Source of the DNA: Antedon mediterranea
Taxonomy: Eukaryota > Animalia > Echinodermata
Direction of reading: 5' to 3'
Length of the DNA stretch: 64,000 nucleotides
Assembly (NCBI RefSeq): GCF_964355755.1
Contig: NC_092679.1
Location: 13,189,432 to 13,253,431 of the forward strand
A program made the position numbers and the translations under genes. Within the stretch, counting starts at the first letter, position 1. Each line of letters opens with the position of its first letter. Shown here one piece after another: positions 37,991-49,600 of this stretch. Under the pieces are notes generated by a model. It worked only from the letters and a program-made list of their open reading frames with translations. It searched no databases and was not told where the DNA came from.

Positions 37991-38296
37991 CTCGAGGACA
38001 TCGAAATTGAAAATTGCCATCGCACCGGGAAACGCCGTTTAGATAACAAACCGAGGCATATAATAGCTAAATTTCTGTACCGTCCACAAAGAAACCAAGT
38101 CCTAAAACTAGGAAAAGTAAAATTAAAAAGTAAATCACAAAACGTATTTATTACTGAAGATTTACCTGACGCGGACATGAAGAAAAAGAGAGAATTATCT
38201 ACAATTATGGCGCAGGCATATGCCGAAAAACGTAAGCCCGTATTCAGAAATGGACAACTGTTTATCGACGGTAAGCCATACAAGCCACTAAAATAA
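37991..38296 (+). pseudogene. LINE ORF1 C-terminal fragment (RRM/CTD type)
   Basis: Open frame not in the ORF track: LEDIEIENCHRTGKRRLDNKPRHIIAKF...VFITEDLP...GQLFIDGKPYKPLK*. Confidence 0.8.
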
Positions 38297-39180
38297 CTAT
38301 AATTAAGTCATTAAGCCAAATTAATTAATGTTCAATTGAACACAATTAATTAATGTTTATGAATTATATTTCATACCTACATTACCGCAGAGTCTATCAT
38401 TGTCTTGTAGAACGTAGACTAATTATGTGATTGTAGTAGTATTTCTACCGTTATAAATTGTAAATAAACGAAGTTTGTTTGTTTATGTCGCGCACCTGGC
38501 TGTTATGTTCTGGATATCTCTGTCCATTCAAACTTTAATCATGTGACCCACGACAGGTGTGCGACGATAGTGTTACATAATGAGAAATACCAACAACAAT
38601 TAAGTGGCTGTTGACGATGTAAGTTTCAACGTAGTTGTTTACCGGTAATTCATCGATGAGTTACTGGGTTGATCAAACTCGTAAACGTTAAACACATCGT
38701 TTTAATGAAACACAACACAACTAAATGTATTTAAGTTATACTATCCGTACTTTACTAGTGATGTATAATGACAAATTATAACAACATTAAGTGGCTGATG
38801 TGATTAATAAGTGAGCGCCGTTATTGAGACATCATGTTCTAGACCGTTTCAACGTAGCTGTTTACCGGCGATGTTTGACTTACCAGTGAGTAACGATAAC
38901 TTGCCATAATAATACATTCTGGACATCGGTGAGTTAGATTGATCAAAATCGTTTAAGTTAACCAAATACTTAATTGGCGTCCATGATCATCATTATTGTT
39001 TCACTGCCTGTCGTTTAGTTGTTGTTGGTATGTCATGATAAAACAATTCATATTACATTGTATATATTGTTATTTATTGTACATACTTGTTAACTTAGGC
39101 TATATAGTGTTAACTATTCTCTGCTGTAAGCAGCTTGCTCAATTTTATTCATTTGTCATTTCCTTTTCTGTCTAATTTAA

Positions 39181-42147
39181 ATGTTTGAATGTCACCTTTT
39201 TGATAATGTAAATGTGAGCACAGAATATTTTAACGAAGATAACTTAATTTCTTCACTTGAACATTCTAATTTATCATCAAACTTTTCTATATTTGGACTA
39301 AACTGTCGTAGTGTTGTTAATAAGTTTGACTTAATCTCAAACTATTTAGACTCACTCGTACATGCCTTCTCCGTCATTGCCTTCAGTGAAACCTGGTTAA
39401 CCGAAAAAGATAATATTAATCTATACCAGTTACCAGGCTACAGTTTGATTCACAATGATAGGAAAGATAAGAGAGGTGGTGGGGTAGCGTTCTATGTTAC
39501 CAACAAACTAACATATATTATTAGAAATGATCTGTCATCTTGTATGACTGAAGCAGAGACTATTTTTATTGAGATTGAGTTAGAATCAGGAAATAATGTT
39601 ATTTGTGGTATAGTTTATAGACCACCCTCACGTTCCTTGCAAAAGTGTGATGATGAATTAACATGTGTAATGCAAATGATTAATCTAGAAAAAAAGAAAG
39701 CTTACCTTGTGGGAGACTATACCATAAACTTACTCCAACAATCTACCGACAACACTATCCAATCACACTTAGACACAATATTTTCTCAGTCATTTCAGCC
39801 AATCATAAAAAGTCCTACTAGAATATCCGATAATTGTGCTTCAATAATTGATAAAATTTATTGCAACATCGATTCTTTTACTACGTCCCTTAAAAGTGGA
39901 ATACTTATTACTGATATTTCTGATCACTTCCCAATATTCTGTGTAGATACTTTGGAAAAACATAATAAGCAATATCCTCGATTTGTATATAAACGACAAT
40001 ACTCTCCTCAACAAACGGAGTATTTTTTGCAAGAATTACAAAGTAATCAGTGGAATGATGTGCTATTCTCAAATAATGCGAATTTTGCTTATCAAAATTT
40101 TACCAACACTTTAAATAAAACAATTGATAATTGTTTCCCTTTAAAACGAATTAGAAATAAGGCGAACAAGTTAAAATCTCCTTGGATCACAGCTGAAATT
40201 GCCAGAGCTATCTCTCAAAAACATAAATTATATAAAAAGTACAAACAAAATAACACCACTACTAATAAAAGTACGTACATACATTTTAGAAACAAGTTAA
40301 CCACTACTATTAGAAATCGGAAAAAAGAATATTATATGGTCCAGTTTGAACGAAATAAACAAGATATTTAAAAAACGTGGACAATCCTAAATGATATAAT
40401 GGGTAGGAAAAAGACTACCAATTTGCCTACAAAAATAAAATTGGGTACTGAGACTTTCTCTGATAATGATGAGAAAGCTGATGCATTCAACTCTTTTTTT
40501 ATTAATATTGGAGAAAAACTAAATAATAAATTTAGGCATGAATGTCAAAATGATCAAATCACCCACAGAACTTTCTTAAAGGGAAATTTTACCTCTTCAA
40601 TGTTTTTTAAGCCTGTTACTGAACATGAACTTAACCACTATATTAAAAACACAAAGAATACTTCTCCTGGCCATGATGGTATAAGTGCCCAACTCATAAA
40701 ATCTGCTTCCCCGTTTATTTTAAAACCTTTATTGCATATTATTAATACGTCATTATCATCGGGCTGTGTCCCGGCTGATATAAAAATTGCTAAAATTATC
40801 CCGGTATTTAAGAATGGTGACATCTCCGATATAAATAATTATCGGCCTATTTCCATTTTACCCTTTTTTTCCAAAATATTTGAGAGGATTGTGTATGATC
40901 AAACGATTTGTTACCTCTCAAAATATAACGTACTGAGTAAAACACAGTATGGATTTAGACAACACCATTCAACTAGTCATGCTTTAATACAATCGATTGA
41001 AAAAATCACAAACGCTATTGAGAATAAAGAGTTTACACTAGGAGTTATCCTTGATTTATCAAAAGCGTTTGATACAATCGATCATGATATATTATTAGAT
41101 AAGTTAAGATTTTATGGTATAAGAGGAGTTCCGCTAAACTGGTTCTCAAACTATCTTAAAAAAAGACTACAATACACATTTATTGTTAATACTGCATCTA
41201 GTAAAATGACAGTAAACACTGGAGTTCCTCAGGGATCCATATTGGGTCCATTATTATTTCTTATATTCATTAATGATATTAGTCTAGCATGTAACCATGT
41301 AGACATGATTATGTATGCAGATGACACAAATGTGTTTTATAGTCACAATGATATTACTCAAGCTTTTGATACAATGAACCAGGAGTTATCTATACTTTCG
41401 GACTGGTTTATTGCTAACAAATTAACGCTAAATGTAAACAAATCAAAATATGTTATATTTAAGGCTAGAAATAAGTCAGCTGACACTACCTCACTAGAAT
41501 TGAGGATGGGAAATGAATGTATAGTAAAAATAACTGAAGTTAAATTTCTAGGCTTATTTCTGGATGAAACTTTATCGTTTAATTTTCATGTAAATTTGGT
41601 AGCAAACAGTATTTCTAGAATAATTGGTGTCTTAAACAAAGTGAAGTCTATGTTATCAAGTAAAATCTTGTTAACGGTATACAATGCACTTATATTACCT
41701 AGAATAACGTATGCTATCACAGTATGGGGTGCTACTTCTGCTACAAACTTAAACCGTATACATATTCTCCAGAAAAAAGCACTTAGAAATATTTGTCATG
41801 TTCATTTTATGCATCCTTCTCATCCACTTTTTATTTCAACCCAAGCATTAAATATTTTTGACCTTTATACGAAACACACTGCTATATTTATGTATCAATA
41901 TAAACATAATCTATTACCTGAATCATTTAATAACCTATTTAGTACATCTGCCTCATTCCATAATTACTCAACTAGAAACAGGTCAAACTACTGTCCACAA
42001 CTAAAACGCACCAAAGTCGGACAGCAATGTATTTCCTACCAAGGAACACATATTTGGAACAATTTAACAGACTATATAAAACAATCCCCCACTTTAAGTT
42101 TGTTTAAACAGATATTAAAGCAATATTATAACAATATAAATATTTAA
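39181..42147 (+). pseudogene. LINE ORF2 (AP endonuclease + reverse transcriptase) with one nonsense codon
   Basis: ORFs 39181-40371 and 40399-42147 are in the same frame, separated by TAA at 40369-40371. Motifs SETWL, RGGGVA, YRPP, SDHFP, NYRPIS, DLSKAFD, GVPQGSILGP, YADD. Confidence 0.95.
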
Positions 42148-42611
42148 ATTAAGTAAATCACATTATGTTATTTTGGTTTGTTCTTTTTGTTTGTACTAAT
42201 TGTTTGATCTTTTTGTTAGGGTTACATGCTTAAAGCACTTGTGCTTATTTTGTATCCCATTCCATTATCTTATTATTTGTATTGTATTTGTATATGTCTT
42301 TATTTTGATTATGGAATAAAAATGTCGATGAATTGAATTGAATTGAATTGAATTAGACCACTGAGGCTTTCATGGTATTGTTCAAACTCGATTGGATAGC
42401 GACTCTTTAACATTCTCGGCGTGGTACGGCGGAACAGCACTAGCCCTCAGTTATACGCACGCGCACCAGAGATCACGCGCATCTCTGGTCTTCCTCATCT
42501 TTATCGTTTCAAATTAATTAATTAAATTTCAGTATATCACCGGGCGGTTTAGAATTAATGTTCATTACCTAATGTGTTTATATATATATAGATATATATA
42601 TATTTATATAT

Positions 42612-42810
42612 ACCATGAAAGCCCAGTGGTCTAATGGTTAGGGCAACTGAATATCAAGCAGACGGTCCGAGTTCGAGTCTCGGTTGGGGCGACTTTTTCT
42701 CATTCTCACAGATTTTCTCATCTTTATCGTTTCAAATTAATTAATTAAATTTTAGTATATCACCGGGCGGTTTAGAATTAATGTTCATTGCCTAATGTGT
42801 TTATATATAT
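42612..42810 (+). mobile_element. tRNA-derived SINE-like repeat
   Basis: A-box tggtctaatgg, B-box gagttcgagtct. An inverted copy at ~37886-37990 + 42355-42386 is split by the LINE. Confidence 0.7.
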
Positions 42811-42817
42811 ATATACT

Positions 42818-43430
42818 CAGGTTGAAATTTCAGACCGTTTGGATAGAGTGCTCAATACCAAGGTAGAGCATAAAGCTACAGTAAAGAGAGAAAATTCATC
42901 AAAAGAAGAAACATATGTCGGACTAACTGAAAACCAGTTTAAAACCAGATACAGAAACCATACGTCTTCATTCCGGAACGAAAAACTAAGAAATGCAACG
43001 GAACTCAGTAAATATATATGGACACTTAAAGACTCTAAAACAAATTACTCAATTAAATGGAAAATTATAAAGAAATGCAAACCTTACTCAAATATTAACA
43101 AAAGATGTAATTTATGTATATGTGAAAAGTATGTTATTATATGTCAACCAGAGCTATGCTCACTGAACCGTAAGAACGAGTTAGTCTCTACTTGTAGACA
43201 TAGGAAAAAATTCTTACTAAATTGCAGATCCAAACAGTTTATCTAAAACAATAGGCTATTGTATACGACTTCCTGATGACTCACTTCTATTAAGCACTAT
43301 GAGACAACTGTGTCACTTATGTTTTATATTTCACGTGAAGAGTGCGGCCAGCTACATGCTGGTCGTACGAAACAAATTTGTAGTGATTAAAACAATGAAG
43401 TAACCGAGTTTTCTGCTGTTATTTTATTTC
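42818..43430 (+). mobile_element. 3' fragment of a Penelope-like element (GIY-YIG endonuclease C-terminus plus 3' UTR)
   Basis: ETYVGLTENQFKTRY..H...TELSKYIW...CNLC..EK...LN..NEL...CRH, followed by hammerhead-like motifs and a (TA)n flank. Confidence 0.85.
43321..43393 (+). ncRNA. Type I hammerhead ribozyme motif with a C3>G core variant
   Basis: Stem I TCAC/GTGA, core GTGAAGA, 11-bp stem II GTGCGGCCAGC/GCTGGTCGTAC, GAAA, palindromic stem III ACAAATTTGT, GTA cleavage triplet at 43380-43382. Confidence 0.7.
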
Positions 43431-43627
43431 TCTATATATATATATATATATATTAACAATTACACTTACTTTAGACCAAATACGGTGAAGTGATTTATCT
43501 AAATTAATAAAACTCAATAAGCTTAATGATAAAACGAATCTGTAAGTAAATTTGTTTTATAAAATGAGCTGACTCTCATAGATAATTTGACTTTTCTTAT
43601 AGCGTTTATACAGAATTGCGTAAAAAG

Positions 43628-43688
43628 ATGTTCATCTTTCAAACCCTCATGATATTGGCGATGTTGTTGCCGTTTTCTAGCTGTTCAG
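43628..43688 (+). CDS. LGR coding exon 1, signal peptide MFIFQTLMILAMLLPFSSCS
   Basis: ATG in aaaaagATG context, hydrophobic 20-aa stretch ending SSCS, donor CAG|gtacga (phase 1) matching the next exon. Confidence 0.75.
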
Positions 43689-46600
43689 GTACGATTGCTT
43701 TACTTTTTTAATTTATCATAATATAATAATATGATAATTAGGGAGCAGTCTTATAAATTTAATTTAGTCCAATCGATAGTTAGACAAATCTTTATTTGTC
43801 TTTCAAAATCACAACGTACAGTAGTTATATTTAATACAGTGGACCCCGCTTTTGGGACACCATTATTCAGAAAATACCCCTATTAAGAAATACTTTCCAT
43901 GAAATGGAAATAGGAAAATATATTTTTAACACTACGGCCAACCTTTATTCAAAGGACACCATATTAAGAGGACCCCATATGTTTGGTACTGCTGTACAAC
44001 TTGGCTACTATAAACCATGATTCAGTTTAGTGGTAAGGTATACTGGGTATATTGTATGTATGTATGTTCTCTTTAAGGCTTTTATTTCTATCTATAGACT
44101 ATTCCTCAACCTTTATAGCTTGTGCTTCCACCTAAAGCTCTGTCTACACTACACACAAACTTTATGTGACAAAACAGTGTGCCCATAGACATGATGGTGT
44201 CATATCATTACCATATTTAAGCATATCATCACACTTTTCTTGTCAAACTAGTTTGTCTGTGTAGACAGAGCTTTACAGTTGGATTCACTTGAATAGCCTA
44301 CATTTTATATCTTTATTTTAATTAATTAAACAACAAACCTATCATTAACAGTATTTTACTGTTTTCTTTTAATGTTATCTTTTTATTATTTACCAATTCT
44401 TAAAATTATTTTGAGTATGAGGCTAATACAAATTTTGATCAACTTTATACACAAGTTTTAAATAATGAATGTTAAAGGATCATAATGAATGTTAAATATT
44501 ATTAGTGTATTTATTTGTATTAGTTTATTATCTATATACTTCATGTTTAAGCCTACTTATTCCTTTTCCTTATGTGAACTTTCTGGAAACAGCATTGTAG
44601 GCCTACATGACGATACCTTATAATTGTGTCTTAACATTACCAGTATGTACTTCTGAGATAAAACACTGTCATGTTTTATTATATTGCTAATATATATATA
44701 TATATTGTTATTTATGCGTAGGTGTATGCCCAACATCATGTAATTGTAATTTCTCTGGTTTTGGACTTAGTTGTTCTGCATATAATTCTTTTTATTGTCG
44801 ACCAACTTGTAATGGATTACAGCCCCATTGCGTACAATGTACCGGATGGAATAAATATATACACGCACAGCTTGTCGAGTATAACAATTATATTTCAGTT
44901 AAAGGAGTGTAAGTAGCATATCGTTAATTATCTTCTTTACATATCATCGAATTTGAATTATCAATATTATCAATTATTACACGACGGAATCGACGCTACA
45001 CAGTGCAAGTCCTTGGTAATCGCCATGATGAAATAATTATTTAAATTTAAAATCATAATCATTCTGAACTGTGTATTATTTGTTTTAATTGAATGGACTT
45101 TAGTTGGACAGTGACATTAAGTACATTGACAGCCAATGCATTTACCGGTTTGACAGAGATGACACAAATGTAAGTGTATTGTTTATGTATATATTTTCCT
45201 CTACAAATAAAGATTTATAACATATTTTCTTTGAGGTATTGACATTTCATTGTTTGTGTCATGAACGATTCATTTAATGAATTAAAAAGCCATCTATTAT
45301 TCTCAGGCCAGAATTGCATATCAAATTCGGCTGTTAAATCATCTGATCCACCTTTTTCATGTTAAAATTAGCATTTTTACAATCATCTAGTGAGATTGTT
45401 ATTTGACAAACAACTTATATTAATTTTGCTTAAATAATCATCAATACTTGAAATATTAACTGACTTATGATGGCATTTTGCAAAAGAGTTTTCAATTCTT
45501 TTAAATTGATTTAACCTGTCTCTTTTTTTACTTTATTTTTGTCTACACCTCTTCAGCCCATTTAGCACGTGATCTAATTTGGGCACTTTTTGCTTCTGTT
45601 TTATACATAGTTTAAAGTCTTTCTGATAGTTAAGACTATCTATCGTCTAAGTGAAAATTGGTACAATTATCCATAATGTGATCTATAGACTAAAATAATT
45701 TCCTTGTTTAGGTATTCTTTGGGTTTTTTTTTTCATTTGATTAATTTAATTAATTATTTCTTTACCAATACTTAATTAAATACTCTTTAACTTTTACTTT
45801 TATAATTTCCCACTTTGACACATAGTCAAAATCATTATTTTTCAGGCATTACATCTCCACATACCTGGTCCTCTTTTGAATTGCCTTTCACAGATTTTAA
45901 TATATATTGCTTGTTGGTCGTGTGAGAATACCATTTCTAATATTACTTTGTATAATTGATTTAAATTAACCAATAATCAAGTATTTTGTCTTGGTATGCT
46001 TGGTCCTGCTACTTGTCTTGTTCTCTTGACTTTAATGCTGATCTAACACCACCAGGAGTTGTAAAGTCAGTAATAGACCTCAAGCCTTTTTGGGATTCAC
46101 ATGTTGTACTTGTTTCTTGGTTTTCTTCTTATCTTTTTTCTTACTCTTTCCTGTTTCTTTTTTGTCACTTTGTTTGTTTTCGAGTTACTCTTCGCATCCT
46201 AATGTATATTAATTCTTCCATTATGTTCACTGTCAGAGCAGCTTTTGTTTTTGCCTTATCAAGTATTTCTGTAGAGTTCTTGAGACTCTGTCATCTAAGT
46301 GAGGAGATGGTGGACCGTTGCTCGGGATTGCTGGGTTTGTTTAAAAGGTCTTCTAATACACCTATTTTTTCAGATTCTTTGGATTGTCTGGATGGTTTTT
46401 ATTTATTATTATTATGAGATTCTAGAATCGCTGAGTTTATTTGGTGTTGGCTTATATCTTTCTGTCCTGTATTACGATATTTAAAGCAGAATGGGTCATT
46501 ACTATAGTTTTCTGTTGTATTTTATTGGTTGTCCATCATGAATAATGCGTGTGTTGAAACCATTTATTTTGGTTGCACGAGGAAGTGGTGTATCTCCATT

Positions 46601-49600
46601 TAAGCAACTGGTGAGTTGGCTATCAACTCTTAACTTATGTCTAGCAACTTTTATCTGTACATCCCATAAAATTAAGCTTGTTGATTATTTCTTCATCAGA
46701 GACCTTTATTAATACTGCACACGTGTACATTCATTTCTATCATTGAAGAACGGATTTATCAACTAGGCCTACACATACGTTACTGTTTCTAATATTACAT
46801 AATTATTTGTATTTTTGTAAAGTAGATCATTTCAAACACTAAAATTCATTTAGAATCATCATTGATAGTAAACAGCTTAGATATTAGACGTATTTCCATA
46901 TACTGTGAAATCTTTTTACTTCAAAGGGACCTCTCTAGTAACGGTTTGAGTACGTTGTCAGAAAATACATTTACTGGATTGACGGCGTTGGAAGTCCTGT
47001 AAGTGTATTTTAATATGTGTATAAAATGATATGATTTGATGGTCCCTTTTTATTGTTAAAATAATCATTTCATTAAATATTGTTTGATTGTTATAATATT
47101 TTAATAAATAGGCCTAAGGTAAAATTGATAATTATCACATTATTTATAATGGAACATTGTAATTACTTACTTGTACGGTATGCATTCTTTACTTGAAGGG
47201 ATTTGGGTTTTAACCAAATAAGTATGTTGCCATCAAATGCTTTCATTGGTTTGACAGCATTGGAACGACTGTAAGTGTATTGCTTATTATTATTATTCTT
47301 ACAAATGTAAATTTTTAATTACACATAGTGCATTGTGGGCTAAAACAACATTAATTAGCAGCTTAATATTCATTCATTTTTATTCAGTCAGAATAATACA
47401 AGAAAATGCAAAATTTCAAAATATCACATTAATTTCATAGCTAAATATTCATAACTAAAAGCGCAATAGCGTATTATATCATAAGAGCACTAATTTAAAC
47501 AAAAATAACATATTTCATTAAGTTAGTACAGAATATTAAAGTAATTTTGCCTAATAGGCCTGTGACAAAATTGTTCCTAAATTCTTACATACTTACAATC
47601 AGTGATGAGGCCAGTAGCTTGTGCATCAACTGAATAACCATTTTAGTAATGGTTCCACAGCTTCTACCCGAACTCGTTTTCTAGGCCGTTTTTTTATGAT
47701 AAAATGGAAACTGTCTATATTTATTGGATAGTTAATGATGATGTAAGGAATCAACCCGAAAGCCTCTATTAGGCACATAAAAAAGAATAAAGGTAAATTC
47801 GTCTGAAGTACGTAATGGATTATGTTGCATTGATTGAAATTAAAGCTATGTTTTGATTTTTTTTACAACTTTTGGATTGAAGGAAGTGTTTATCTATCTT
47901 TTATGCTTAAATTGAAAGTGTTCCAATAGGTTGTTTTTAATAACAAATTTTACATAATAATAGAAATATTGTTAATGAACGAATGGTGCGAAGTTCCATT
48001 GAAATAAAACAATTAGAATACCCATTTTCTAAGGCTAAACTTAAACGCCCTGTTTTTTTGTATTTTTTTTGTATTTGTCATTTCCTGTTATTTAACTTTA
48101 AAAGAATTTTTCTCAAAACACTGATTGTAACAGCCAAAACGTTAGACTATGATATCTCTGGAAGTAAACATGGCATCAAGATATTTTTTTCTGTATTTTA
48201 TATCTTAGATTAGGCCTATGTAGTTTTAGTATTTGTTAAAATCTCAATTTTGAAAATTCCAACTTATGTCTGATTCGATTTTCCTTAAATGTGCCACGTT
48301 TGCTGTTTTACCAGCATTGAAGTTAATATAATGTGTATTGTTTATTTACAAATTGTTTCTTCTATTTTCTAAGGTATTTGAACAATAACCGAATAAACAT
48401 ATTATCAGCAAATGCGTTTGCTGGTCTGACAGCATTGAAGTTACTGTATGTGTATTCTTTTTTTACAAATTATTTCGTTAAAAAATTTGAAAGAAAGAAA
48501 GAAAGCAAAAAATACTTTTTAATTATTTGTATTTTTGTAAAGTAGATCATTTCAAACACTAAAATTCATTTAGAATCATCATTGATAGTAAACAGCTTAG
48601 ATATTAGACGTATTTCCATATATTGTGAAATCTTTTTACTTCAAAGGGACCTCTCTAGTAACGGTTTGAGTACGTTGTCAGAAAATACATTTACTGGATT
48701 GACGGCGTTGGAAGTCCTGTAAGTGTATTTTAATATGTGTATAAAATGATATGATTTGATGGTCCCTTTTTATTGTTAAAATAATCATTTCATTAAATAT
48801 TGTTTGATTGTTATAATATTTTAATAAATAAGCTAAAATTGATAATTATCACATTATTTATAATGGAACATTGTAATTACTTACTTGTACGGTATGCATT
48901 CTTTACTTGAAGGGATTTGGGTTTTAACCAAATAAGTATGTTGCCATCAAATGCTTTCATTGGTTTGACAGCATTGGAACGACTGTAAGTGTATTGCTTA
49001 TTATTATTATTCTTACAAATGTAAATTTTTAATTACACATAGTGCATTGTGGGCTAAAACAACATTAATTAGCAGCTTAATATTCATTCATTTTTATTCA
49101 GTCAGAATAATACAAGAAAATGCAAAATTTCAAAATATCACATTAATTTCATAGCTAAATATTCATAACTAAAAGCGCAATAGCGTATTATATCATAAGA
49201 GCACTAATTTAAACAAAAATAACATATTTCATTAAGTTAGTACAGAATATTAAAGTAATTTTGCCTAATAGGCTTGTGACAAAATTGTTCCTAAATTCTT
49301 ACATACTTACAATCAGTGATGAGGCCAGTAGCTTGTGCATCAACTGAATAACCATTTTAGTAATGGTTCCACAGCTTCTACCCGAACTCGTTTTCTAGGC
49401 CGTTTTTTTATGATAAAATGGAAACTGTCTATATTTATTGGATAGTTAATGATGATGTAAAGAATCAACCCGAAAGCCTCTATTAGGCACATAAAAAAGA
49501 ATAAAGGGAAATTCGTCTGAAGTACGTAATGGATTATGTTGCATTGATTGAAATTAAAGCTATGTTTTGATTTTTTTTACAACTTTTGGATTGAAGGAAG

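Larger units (their letters stand above)
37991..42354 (+). mobile_element. 5'-truncated CR1/L2-group LINE
   Basis: ORF1 C-terminus, spacer, APE-RT ORF2, 3' UTR with AATAAA and an (AATTG)n tail; no TSD visible; splits a tRNA-like sequence. Confidence 0.92.

Noticed and set aside
37984-38283. Minus-strand 99-aa ORF
   Set aside because: The meaningful frame is the plus-strand LINE ORF1 fragment.
42615-42692. Possible functional tRNA gene
   Set aside because: Stems are mismatched, the anticodon loop is atypical, and it is embedded in a repeated body; better explained as a SINE head.
43270-43315. SECIS element (some Penelope-like elements encode selenoproteins)
   Set aside because: The stem after ATGA is too short and the ORF fragment has no in-frame TGA; a degenerate hammerhead fits better.
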